Assembly: GCA_964536265.1 (NCBI GenBank)
Contig: CAZHVV010000003.1
Span: 33,783 to 97,782 of the forward strand
Length of the DNA: 64,000 bases
Direction of reading: 5' to 3'
DNA from: an uncultured Candidatus Saccharibacteria bacterium
GTDB taxonomy: Bacteria; Patescibacteriota; Saccharimonadia; Saccharimonadales; Saccharimonadaceae
Both the position numbers and the translations under genes were made by a program. Below the pieces are notes generated by a model that did no database searches, was not told the origin of the DNA, and was given only the letters and a program-made list of their open reading frames with translations. Positions 56,008-64,000 of this stretch are shown here, piece by piece (the stretch's first letter is position 1; the number at the start of each line of letters is the position of its first letter).

Positions 56008-56149
56008 AAGGTTACTTGCTACAAGGGGATAGTTACCAAATAACCCAGAAACCCGAGTAGTTGTATGGAAAAACGCCGTCCATAAAATGACAGTGTTTTT
56101 TCATGGTACCCCTTAATAGACGAACTTCGAACCATATCCGTAAAAATCT

Positions 56150-56938
56150 CTAGAGATTAACTTTTATATCCGTTTGTCTATTCGTGGTAGGCAGTTTATC
56201 ATCAAGAGCATCCCGATGGCTGATATATTGTTCGTTCAATGTTTCAAGTATCGCATCAACTGCCACTATAAGCTGTTTATTGTTTTCTCTAATTTCTTTT
56301 AGCTTTTTGGGTCGATATTCTTGGCGCATAAAATATTTCGCTATTGATGAGAATTCCTTTTTTTGGTCTTCATCACCGAGACTATTTCTCGCAACAAAAT
56401 TATATGTTGCAATATTGCCAAGCTCCTCGTCTGTGTATATGTACCTGTGAAAAACGCTATTTTTTAGTCCTTGTAATTTACTCAGCGCCCCGTGAACTTT
56501 TTTTAATACGGCTAGGGTTTTAGTACCATCTAGGCCTGGGTGTGACGAAATTGTTGTGTATGTAACTTCTCGGTGGTCAACCTCCAACCAGTACACGCTG
56601 TCTATCAATATTAGTGCACGTTCATACAGTCTAACCGCGTTCAGAATCCACATTTCGTAGTGATAAGTGAAATAATGATTCTCATCAAATGTTTTTTTCC
56701 GTGTACGAGACACAGTGTATGAGCTTAGGAATATTTCAACCATATTTAGATGGTCTACTATCGCCTGGAGCTCAGCAAATGAGTCTAGTACTTGATGAAT
56801 ATATGCAATCCGCGCAGTTGGAGATATAGTCTTCCCTTTGGGCAATTTAATTTTGCTCACTTTTTTAACATAACTCGACGAATCATCTAACAATGACTTT
56901 GTAAATTGCTGTTTATTCAATGCGTCTTGTTCAATCAT
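56150..56938 (-). CDS. Hypothetical alpha-helical protein, possibly HEPN-like
   Basis: 262 aa, AT-rich. It contains LKNSVFHRY, a [RK]-N-x3-H arrangement. Confidence 0.45.
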   Translation of the reverse strand: MIEQDALNKQQFTKSLLDDSSSYVKKVSKIKLPKGKTISPTARIAYIHQVLDSFAELQAIVDHLNMVEIFLSSYTVSRTRKKTFDENHYFTYHYEMWILNAVRLYERALILIDSVYWLEVDHREVTYTTISSHPGLDGTKTLAVLKKVHGALSKLQGLKNSVFHRYIYTDEELGNIATYNFVARNSLGDEDQKKEFSSIAKYFMRQEYRPKKLKEIRENNKQLIVAVDAILETLNEQYISHRDALDDKLPTTNRQTDIKVNL

Positions 56939-56990
56939 ATTTCTTCATTCTCGCTTCAACAATAAATCCAATTAGCACGAAATAGTTTAT

Positions 56991-57569
56991 TTATCTATAA
57001 CTTTCACAACCATATCCATCGTGGTCTGCGTCGAATCTATGCTTATCGCTACCCAGCACACGTACCATAAATCCGATATCGCTACAATCTAAATCATATT
57101 CAACAACTGGTACGCAGCCAGAATAATTAGAATCACAATTACTCCGAGTTACTGGCTTTGGTGCAACATATGTGCCCACATATGTCACCTCATCAACTGG
57201 AGCCTGGGTCATCTCATCTTTAATGAGTTCTTTATTAGTTTCTTTACGATCATTATACGTAACTCTATAGGTGAGTGTCCTCACTCCCTTTATGCCACTT
57301 GTTTTAAGTTGTGTCTGCCCACTAGCAATTGAGCCGTTATCTTCTGTTTTCTGCGTAAAGTTAACTTCTTGAGTTTCAGTGACCTCTTTCAAAGTAACTA
57401 CGGGAATAACTACTTGTTCTGCATTTGTCGCAGGTTGATTGGTCTGCATAGTAGTAGGTGGTTGAGCAGCTGTAGCTACTATCCCCACGGTACCTATAGT
57501 TGCAACTCCAGCCGATACTCTACCTATTACAGACAAGCCCCGCAACCACGATAATAATCCTCCCAACAT
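56991..57569 (-). CDS. G5-domain plus Excalibur calcium-binding domain surface protein
   Basis: 192 aa with an N-terminal anchor, a G5-like region (TQKTEDNGSIASGQTQLKTSGIKGVRTLTYRVTY) and the C-terminal motif DADHDGYGCE. Confidence 0.65.
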   Translation of the reverse strand: MLGGLLSWLRGLSVIGRVSAGVATIGTVGIVATAAQPPTTMQTNQPATNAEQVVIPVVTLKEVTETQEVNFTQKTEDNGSIASGQTQLKTSGIKGVRTLTYRVTYNDRKETNKELIKDEMTQAPVDEVTYVGTYVAPKPVTRSNCDSNYSGCVPVVEYDLDCSDIGFMVRVLGSDKHRFDADHDGYGCESYR

Positions 57570-57701
57570 CTAGTCTCCTTTCGGGTAATTCTCACTATGG
57601 TATACAGCAAATCATCGATATATTCAATCAACTCTTAAGTTTATAAATACCTGAATAATAACTCGGAAAGAGTTGGTGGGTTAATAAGCCCATATATTGC
57701 G

Positions 57702-57728
57702 AAAGGCCCAGTGTGACACTGGGCCTTT
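57702..57728 (-). terminator. GC-rich hairpin after the GC-rich gene
   Basis: aaaggcccagtg-tga-cactgggccttt. Confidence 0.6.
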
Positions 57729-57744
57729 GCGACCTGCTATAAAG

Positions 57745-58251
57745 CTATGAAGTTGTGGAGGGCATGAACCCCGCGGGCGGGAGCCAGATGTTGATGGTCT
57801 GCTCCGGGTACTTCTTGTCTGGCACGGTGCCATGTGCGTCGCGGACGACGGCATCGAAGACGAGCGAACACCCGGGCCGTTTGGCCCAATAATGTCCGAA
57901 CCAGTCGACGATACCCTGAAGGCCACAATCGATGGTCAGCAGCTCATCATGTTCTCCCCAAAGGCCACGCATTCGCTCGGACGAGAAAAGCGTACCCTCG
58001 ATATGGAAGAAGATTGTGTAGAAAGTGTTGGCGTGGCCCCGGTCGACGTTCGTCCAGCTGAGGTCAAGGGCCTCCCATGGTCGAACAGCGACATACATGA
58101 GCTGCTGCTCAACCCAAGACTGCATGGAAGCGAAGTCTCGATGACTCCCATTCCAACGCAATGAAGGCGGACCGACAATTTCGTTAAGACACCTAGCGAC
58201 GACAGGTCCAGAGTTCCTGAGGCGCTCGTACTTACTCCACTGCATTGTCAA
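57745..58251 (-). CDS. Hypothetical protein encoded by a second GC-rich insert
   Basis: 168 aa. It is the longest of five overlapping track ORFs in this stretch. No family recognised. Confidence 0.5.
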   Translation of the reverse strand: MTMQWSKYERLRNSGPVVARCLNEIVGPPSLRWNGSHRDFASMQSWVEQQLMYVAVRPWEALDLSWTNVDRGHANTFYTIFFHIEGTLFSSERMRGLWGEHDELLTIDCGLQGIVDWFGHYWAKRPGCSLVFDAVVRDAHGTVPDKKYPEQTINIWLPPAGFMPSTTS

Positions 58252-58367
58252 ACTCCGATCTTATAGATGGGATAGGTCGCTTGTGGGTTATACCCACAGT
58301 AGTACTATTATAGCAAATTTGACTGTTATTGTCAATATTTAACACTGAGGAAACACGTTACCGTTGT

Positions 58368-59168
58368 TTAGTCGGGCAATTCGTATTTCTGGTTATGAAC
58401 AATGACGAGCGATTCATTTTGCAACTGGCTGAGAGCTAGTGGAAAACGTTCATCTGCCCCAACCTCTCGTTTCAGCTCACTCAAGCTACGCGGACCATTA
58501 GCAAGTGTGCGAAGTATCGCGCCACGAACTTGACGAACACTTCCCTCAAACTTTGACTGCGGTGTGTGGTGTTTGCTTTGGCGAACATTGCGCACGCCTT
58601 GGCTTTTCAACCATGCACCATAGTCCATGAGCGCCCAATACCACTCGCGCGGATGTTCGTGGTCAAGTGTCTGTTCGACGAGTACTGTTAGCTCAGCATC
58701 GCTCACGCTATCAACATCTTCAAAGAAATGATGAAAATACACGGTGCGAATGTTAGTCTCAATAAACACAACTGGTTGGTCAAACGCATAGGCCAGAATT
58801 GCCCCGGCAGTATTTGGCCCAACACCCGGCAAACTCATGAGGCTTTCCCTGTCTTCTGGCCAGACGCCACCAAAATCATTCACGAGTTTCTTTGCTGCTT
58901 TATGGAGGTATTTGGCTCGACGGTTATAGCCAAGCCCTTGCCACTTGCGTAGGACATCGCCCAACTGAGCTTTCGCAAGTGCTTGTTCGTCCGGAAATGC
59001 TGCGACAAACTCAAGGAACTTCGGCACGACTCGCGCAACCTGCGTTTGTTGCAACATGAGTTCGCTGACTAGAACATAGTACGGCCGCGTATCGTCACGC
59101 CACGGCATAGGACGGTACAGTTTTCGACCCTGTTCCCAGACGGTTTCCTGAAATGTCTCGAAAGTCAT
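58368..59168 (-). CDS. HhH-GPD DNA glycosylase, MutY-like, cysteine-free
   Basis: LVSELMLQQTQV, LGYNRRAKYL, and the HhH motif LPGVGPNTAGAILAYAF. ATG 59168 is preferred, because the track extension to 59399 overlaps the divergent MBL gene. Confidence 0.75.
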   Translation of the reverse strand: MTFETFQETVWEQGRKLYRPMPWRDDTRPYYVLVSELMLQQTQVARVVPKFLEFVAAFPDEQALAKAQLGDVLRKWQGLGYNRRAKYLHKAAKKLVNDFGGVWPEDRESLMSLPGVGPNTAGAILAYAFDQPVVFIETNIRTVYFHHFFEDVDSVSDAELTVLVEQTLDHEHPREWYWALMDYGAWLKSQGVRNVRQSKHHTPQSKFEGSVRQVRGAILRTLANGPRSLSELKREVGADERFPLALSQLQNESLVIVHNQKYELPD

Positions 59169-59189
59169 GTGTTCTAGTATAATAAGTTT

Positions 59190-59804
59190 ATGGATATCAC
59201 AAAATACAAGCACGCCTGCCTGATGCTCGAGAAAAACGGGCAAAAACTCATCATAGACCCAGGCTGTTGGAACGAAGATGTTGGCACACCGGAGGGTGTA
59301 GTCGGAATTATCGTCACCCATGATCATGCTGACCACTTCGACAAAGGTCGTCTTGCAGCCATCATCGCCGTAAACCCGGACGCGAAAGTATACGCCCAAG
59401 AATCACTGACACGCGAAATACTTGAGCTGCCTACCCGACCAGTCGCCCCAAGCGAGAGTCTGCAGATAGGTGACTTTGTCGTGCGTTTTACAGGCGGAAC
59501 ACACGCAGTTATTCACCACGACGTTCCTGCTGTCGATAATATTGGTGTCGTTGTTGACGAAGGCGAGCTGTACTACCCTGGCGATTCATTCACCTTACCA
59601 GACTGTGTGGTCACAACACTTGCGCTACCCATAAGCGCACCATGGATGAAAGTTGCTGAAGCAATGGACTTCCTCGTCAATGTCAGCCCAAGAACTGTCA
59701 TGGCAACTCATGACCTGTTACTCTCACGCGAAGGCCACGCCGTCACGGACAACTGGATTCAACGAGCCGCCGATAGTTGCGGTGCATACTATCAACGAGA
59801 CTAG
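59190..59804 (+). CDS. MBL-fold metallo-hydrolase
   Basis: 204 aa with the HxHxDH-type motif THDHADHF. Confidence 0.8.
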   Translation: MDITKYKHACLMLEKNGQKLIIDPGCWNEDVGTPEGVVGIIVTHDHADHFDKGRLAAIIAVNPDAKVYAQESLTREILELPTRPVAPSESLQIGDFVVRFTGGTHAVIHHDVPAVDNIGVVVDEGELYYPGDSFTLPDCVVTTLALPISAPWMKVAEAMDFLVNVSPRTVMATHDLLLSREGHAVTDNWIQRAADSCGAYYQRD

Positions 59805-59834
59805 CAATTGCACGATTTATACAGGCAAAAAAAT

Positions 59835-60364
59835 CATTGCTATTGTGACTAACAGATACATTCTGTATACTAGCCATAAGAAATTTGTTCGAAAGAGGGG
59901 TATAGTATGCCATTCACGGGAGCAGGAACCGGAATACAGAACGCTGATGACGTATTTTTCAGCGGGACAACCAATGGAGAACTACTAAAGTACAATGGCG
60001 GCACTGCCAAATGGAATAATGCCGGACTGGCCAAAGCTGATATTGGCCTCGGGAATGTCGACAATACTTCAGATGCAAATAAGCCTATTTCCAGTGCAAC
60101 TCAGACGGCACTCAATGCAAAAGCTAGTACCTCTCATACGCACACTGCAGCAGACGTAGGTGTTCTCACACTTACTCAAGCTGCTCCAGGCGCACGATTT
60201 ACATGCCTATGGAATTCTGGCACAAGTAAATGGGCCTACAATGGAACAGACTTAAATGCTCGCCCTAGCGGTCGTACCGACATCTTCTTCGACCTGATAG
60301 GAGCTCCAGCCGCAACCGCCGATCCAGTGTGGGCAATTGCGGGCGACATGCGCAAGGATGTGTA
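59835..60364 (+). repeat. 530-bp perfect direct repeat, copy 1 (promoter + 152-aa gene)
   Basis: Identical by eye to 62419-62948 (offset 2584 nt). Identity ends inside the stop codon (TAG versus TAA). Confidence 0.95.
59843..59871 (+). promoter_or_regulatory. Candidate promoter of cassette 1
   Basis: TTGTGA, 17 nt, TATACT, with TG just upstream of the -10 box. The SD GAGGGG precedes ATG 59907. Confidence 0.45.
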
Positions 60365-60365
60365 G
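59907..60365 (+). CDS. Tail-fibre-like small protein (module B N-terminus), copy 1
   Basis: 152 aa: MPFTGAGTGIQNADDVFFSGTTNGELLKYNGGTAKWNN, GLGNVDNTSDANKPISSATQTALNAK, SHTH. Confidence 0.7.
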   Translation: MPFTGAGTGIQNADDVFFSGTTNGELLKYNGGTAKWNNAGLAKADIGLGNVDNTSDANKPISSATQTALNAKASTSHTHTAADVGVLTLTQAAPGARFTCLWNSGTSKWAYNGTDLNARPSGRTDIFFDLIGAPAATADPVWAIAGDMRKDV

Positions 60366-60373
60366 TGAGTAGT

Positions 60374-61414
60374 ATGTCAGTCCAAGAGTGGTTGCGAACG
60401 TCAAACGGTTGGGAGTCGCGCGGCAGGCTCATTCGTACTGTAAATAGCCGCTCAAGTCTCGTGTATGGTACCTATCTTCCTGACTCTAGCACCACAGGTA
60501 TTATGTCTGCTCCAACGACAACAATCACGACCAATTCGACCTATAGCGATACCAGCGGCACGATAAAACTAATAGAGGATACTGAGTTTCAAGGCCACGT
60601 GTACGTGACTGGCAAAAACTACACATTCCGAAATTGCTTTTTCTCAGGACCCGTAGCCGGAATAACCGACTCTATAGTGCAATTACGCTACGCCTCAAGT
60701 TCAGGAAACCGGTTCGAGGATTGCACCTTCTGCCCACAAACTGCCACCAATGGCGTGAACTGTCTCCAGGGCCGTGGCTTTGTGGCATTGCGCTGCAATG
60801 TATACGGTTCAATCGATGGCATTGACCCAGCCCCTGCCGATACAGATACCCGCGTAGACGTTGAAATCCAACAATGTTACATCCACGACCTAGTACGATA
60901 CTGCCCGTATGCCGGGCAGAGCGACAACCAGACACATACCGACGCGATTCAGTGGATGGGTGGCCTCGGACTAACACTACGTGGCAACCGAATCGAGAAT
61001 CTGCTCGATACGGTAAAGGGTACGGGTTGGTCGGCGCCTACATACGATGGTAACTCCGTTCTAACTGGAGGACACTCTTTTTATCCGAGTCACCCTGTCG
61101 GTACTGCAGCTGTGATGATTAATGCCCTCAATAACGTGATTCAACCCGGTGAACTTATCATGCAAAAAAACTGGATTCGAGGTGGCGCAGTCGGCATCAA
61201 TAGTCTTGGTGTGGCGCTGGCTTGGAACAGTAACGACGGAATCACCGATATATCGGATAATTGGATTCTCAATGACCAAGGTTTCGGTACCAATAATCGA
61301 TGGGTTGGTAAAGCCTCGCAGACCGGACTCAGCTTTGGCACTAACTACCTTTGGAATACCAGCAGTCCACTTGATACCTCTACTATTCTATCTACTTTTA
61401 AGGTGAATGCATGA
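60374..61414 (+). CDS. Right-handed beta-helix (pectate-lyase-fold) depolymerase-like protein
   Basis: The N-terminus MSVQEWLRTSNGWESRGR parallels the 62955 gene. It has repetitive N/G/C-containing turns (FRNCFFSG, FEDCTF, LRCNVYG, QQCYIHD, LRGNRIEN). ATG 60374 is preferred over the track start at 60329. Confidence 0.6.
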   Translation: MSVQEWLRTSNGWESRGRLIRTVNSRSSLVYGTYLPDSSTTGIMSAPTTTITTNSTYSDTSGTIKLIEDTEFQGHVYVTGKNYTFRNCFFSGPVAGITDSIVQLRYASSSGNRFEDCTFCPQTATNGVNCLQGRGFVALRCNVYGSIDGIDPAPADTDTRVDVEIQQCYIHDLVRYCPYAGQSDNQTHTDAIQWMGGLGLTLRGNRIENLLDTVKGTGWSAPTYDGNSVLTGGHSFYPSHPVGTAAVMINALNNVIQPGELIMQKNWIRGGAVGINSLGVALAWNSNDGITDISDNWILNDQGFGTNNRWVGKASQTGLSFGTNYLWNTSSPLDTSTILSTFKVNA

Positions 61415-62370
61415 GCCAGATTCGCAATACCTTTTCCGGTAACAATGGTGATGCCTGTACTATCACAAATACCCAGATGGACGTAGTTGCCACTGGTGGT
61501 ACCGCTACTATTTCTACTGCTCAAGCGTGGATTGGCTCACTGTCAGCTCTCATGACCGCCACTACCACTAGTGGTATCTTAGCCCTATCGAAGAACATTA
61601 GCTCAACTACACTTGCAGCCGATTTGTACGTATATGTAACTGCTGCCCCCTCTGCAGCAGTACCAATCATCGCATTCTTTGGTGCCTCGAGGAGCATATC
61701 AGTCGAACTCAATGCGAACCGTACCCTCAGCATTAAAGACCGACCATTTACCACCATATGGACCTCCGCTGCAGCAATCCCACTCAACACATGGTACAGA
61801 GTGGGGCTATACGCAACCCAGGACAGTACAAACGGTACAGTTCGCGCCGCCATGTGGTCTGGTAACAACAGCACTCCAGAGGTAAACGGAGATTCTGGCT
61901 TATTGACTGGTCGTAATACCGGCCCTGAGGCGTACGCTTCACTCCGAGTTGGGCCAAAATCCTCCACAGGCACACAAACCGCGACTATGTATGTTGGCTC
62001 AACATCATACGATACCGCCGCAACTGATCTTCCTGCCCCATATGGAATGCCAGTCCTCACTCTCACCCCATCACCCTCAATTATTTTTCCTGGTGATACC
62101 TGTACCCTCACTGCGACAGCCACAGATAGCGACGGCATAGCATCAACCAACTGGTCGACGACTATTGGAACCTTAGTGGGTAGTGGTACTACCCGCACAC
62201 TCACCGCCCCTGCTAACCTCAATGACCAGACAGCGACCGTTACGTTCAGTGCTACCGATACTCTTGGCAATACAAGCAATATTACCGCAGACGTCACAAT
62301 GAAAGCATCAATGTCTAAGTTTTACGATGGGACAACTTGGATACCCTTAATCGAAAACTTGATTACGTAA
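61411..62370 (+). CDS. LamG/ConA-like jelly-roll plus Ig-like domain protein
   Basis: 319 aa, coupled to the upstream gene by ATGA. It contains LNTWYRVGLYATQDSTNGTVRAAMWSG and the C-terminal TLTATATDSDG...TVTFSATDTLGN. Confidence 0.55.
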   Translation: MSQIRNTFSGNNGDACTITNTQMDVVATGGTATISTAQAWIGSLSALMTATTTSGILALSKNISSTTLAADLYVYVTAAPSAAVPIIAFFGASRSISVELNANRTLSIKDRPFTTIWTSAAAIPLNTWYRVGLYATQDSTNGTVRAAMWSGNNSTPEVNGDSGLLTGRNTGPEAYASLRVGPKSSTGTQTATMYVGSTSYDTAATDLPAPYGMPVLTLTPSPSIIFPGDTCTLTATATDSDGIASTNWSTTIGTLVGSGTTRTLTAPANLNDQTATVTFSATDTLGNTSNITADVTMKASMSKFYDGTTWIPLIENLIT

Positions 62371-62418
62371 CTTCACGGATTCCCGTAAACTCAGCTTGCT
62401 CATACCACACGGACAGAG

Positions 62419-62948
62419 CATTGCTATTGTGACTAACAGATACATTCTGTATACTAGCCATAAGAAATTTGTTCGAAAGAGGGGTATAGTATGCCATTCA
62501 CGGGAGCAGGAACCGGAATACAGAACGCTGATGACGTATTTTTCAGCGGGACAACCAATGGAGAACTACTAAAGTACAATGGCGGCACTGCCAAATGGAA
62601 TAATGCCGGACTGGCCAAAGCTGATATTGGCCTCGGGAATGTCGACAATACTTCAGATGCAAATAAGCCTATTTCCAGTGCAACTCAGACGGCACTCAAT
62701 GCAAAAGCTAGTACCTCTCATACGCACACTGCAGCAGACGTAGGTGTTCTCACACTTACTCAAGCTGCTCCAGGCGCACGATTTACATGCCTATGGAATT
62801 CTGGCACAAGTAAATGGGCCTACAATGGAACAGACTTAAATGCTCGCCCTAGCGGTCGTACCGACATCTTCTTCGACCTGATAGGAGCTCCAGCCGCAAC
62901 CGCCGATCCAGTGTGGGCAATTGCGGGCGACATGCGCAAGGATGTGTA
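62419..62948 (+). repeat. 530-bp perfect direct repeat, copy 2
   Basis: See copy 1. Confidence 0.95.
62427..62455 (+). promoter_or_regulatory. Candidate promoter of cassette 2 (identical sequence)
   Basis: Same TTGTGA, 17 nt, TATACT as in copy 1. Confidence 0.45.
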
Positions 62949-62949
62949 A
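62491..62949 (+). CDS. Tail-fibre-like small protein, copy 2 (identical 152 aa)
   Basis: The track translation is identical to 59907-60365. Confidence 0.7.
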   Translation: MPFTGAGTGIQNADDVFFSGTTNGELLKYNGGTAKWNNAGLAKADIGLGNVDNTSDANKPISSATQTALNAKASTSHTHTAADVGVLTLTQAAPGARFTCLWNSGTSKWAYNGTDLNARPSGRTDIFFDLIGAPAATADPVWAIAGDMRKDV

Positions 62950-62954
62950 GGGAT

Positions 62955-64000
62955 ATGCCAAAGCAACTCATCCAACAATGGATACGAAAGCCCAATGGAT
63001 GGTACTCGAGAGGGCGAACTCCTCGGTCTGGGGACGACAGGTCGCTCCTCGTACGAGGCGCATATATTCCAGATGACACAACAACAGGACCAGTATTGGG
63101 CTCAACTTTTAGTGACCAGGCAGCAAATGGTGTCGGGATTATTAGTTTAACAACGACAAATTTGATTTGCGAGAATATGACGCACTGGGGAGAGGTTCGC
63201 CACCAAGCTCCCGGTATCAGCCACAACAACTGCCGCTTCGCAGGAGCAGACTTCAATCTCATGTACGGTGGGACCTACGGTGCCACTGGTGCGGGATACC
63301 TTGTAAAATCATACGGTGGATCATCATATTACCACTGGACAGCAGAGAATTGTCTTTTCGACCCATGGCTATGGGTTACTGAAAGAGGCAGGACTGCAAT
63401 GACAGACGCCACCTATGTCCACATTGATGGAATTGAGGGTGGAGACTGCGAACTACGCTGGTGTCGTATTCGTAATGTCGTCGACGGCGTACACTTCCTT
63501 CATCAAGAAAACATCACTGACGCTGGAAATAGCGGGTATTCTGAAGCTGGATTTAGCGCACCTGCGGGACAACGCTTCTGTGTTGTCGACCGTTGCCTTC
63601 TTGAAAAGTCTTCGTACGTTGCTGGTGAAACATATCGCGCACGCCCCGGTGCGCAGATCCAAGATGCTCGACCTCACTCTGATGGCATTCAGATTATGCA
63701 GGGAAAGAATCTGCTAGTCGCTGGTAGCATGATTGGTGGAGTACGAGACAGTGTCGGTTACACGACGTGGCCAAATACTGGTGATCCAGGCAACACGGGA
63801 ACTGACTTTTCGAATGCCGCCCTTATGATTAAGCAGGAAGGAACCTTCACTTCAGGTGATGTTGCATGGATTAATAACATTGTCGTCGACAAGAGCTTCT
63901 TGGGCGGTGGAGGAACGTTCTGCGTTAACTTCTTCGTCGGTAGTGGTAATACTCTTACAGGTGTTACAATCAAGGACACTAAGATTCTAGAACGCAAATA
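62955..64000 (+). CDS. Second beta-helix depolymerase-like protein; partial, runs off the right edge
   Basis: Absent from the track because there is no stop in the window. My own translation is open for 348 codons: MPKQLIQQWIRKPNGWYSRGRTPRSGDDRSLLVRGAYIPDDTTTGPV...HNNCRFAG...ENCLFDP...LRWCRIRNVVDG... Confidence 0.6.
   Translation, partial: MPKQLIQQWIRKPNGWYSRGRTPRSGDDRSLLVRGAYIPDDTTTGPVLGSTFSDQAANGVGIISLTTTNLICENMTHWGEVRHQAPGISHNNCRFAGADFNLMYGGTYGATGAGYLVKSYGGSSYYHWTAENCLFDPWLWVTERGRTAMTDATYVHIDGIEGGDCELRWCRIRNVVDGVHFLHQENITDAGNSGYSEAGFSAPAGQRFCVVDRCLLEKSSYVAGETYRARPGAQIQDARPHSDGIQIMQGKNLLVAGSMIGGVRDSVGYTTWPNTGDPGNTGTDFSNAALMIKQEGTFTSGDVAWINNIVVDKSFLGGGGTFCVNFFVGSGNTLTGVTIKDTKILERK

Noticed and set aside
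59169-59399. N-terminal 77-aa extension of the MutY-like ORF
   Set aside because: It overlaps the divergent MBL hydrolase gene (start 59190). Family homology begins only after the ATG at 59168.
61521-62297. 258-aa minus-strand ORF
   Set aside because: It is antisense to the 61411-62370 gene. That gene is translationally coupled (ATGA) to the upstream beta-helix gene and has domain-like sequence. The minus ORF is V/A/S/L-rich low complexity.
1-64000. CRISPR array, rRNA operon, IS element or transposase
   Set aside because: Reading through the window, I saw no short regularly spaced direct repeats, no rRNA-like sequence, and no transposase- or integrase-like ORF in the track.

Overview
The window looks like chromosomal DNA from a small-genome bacterium of roughly mid-40s %GC, judged by eye. 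It is densely coded, mostly on the minus strand, and uses the standard genetic code (TGA, TAA and TAG all terminate recognisable genes). Gene content and order resemble Patescibacteria/CPR, Saccharibacteria-like; that placement is inference only.

The housekeeping backbone is:
- ruvB(partial)-SDR-ruvA-PBP1A-ruvC, yebC-like, comEC and tRNA-Lys
- a CIRCE-controlled but interrupted hrcA-grpE-dnaK-dnaJ set
- tatA-tatC, lepA-murJ-ftsH-tilS and a two-component pair
- three tRNA-CAU genes, murC, trmB, a MutY-like glycosylase and an MBL hydrolase

Five things deserve a second look:
1. Three loci (23.4-29.2 kb, 40.3-41.4 kb, 59.9-64 kb) encode phage-tail-fibre-like or depolymerase-like proteins. They are built from shared N-terminal modules and variable C-termini. 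Their domains include HxH fibre repeats, GDPD, beta-helix and LamG-like folds. No capsid, terminase or integrase gene is present anywhere in the window. One locus lies directly behind tatAC. Another is organised as cassettes headed by a 530-bp perfect direct repeat.
2. A run of five tandem ATP-grasp ligase genes plus a retropepsin-like protease sits at 10.1-15.5 kb. One of the ligases is cut by a single in-frame TAA.
3. A GH71 (alpha-1,3-glucanase-like) gene and other non-chaperone genes are lodged inside the heat-shock gene set.
4. Two small, strikingly GC-rich single-gene islands lie near 52.1-52.5 kb and 57.7-58.3 kb.
5. Several genes have consensus -10 boxes 6-8 nt from the ATG, which suggests leaderless mRNAs.

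No CRISPR array, rRNA gene, transposase or integrase was seen.
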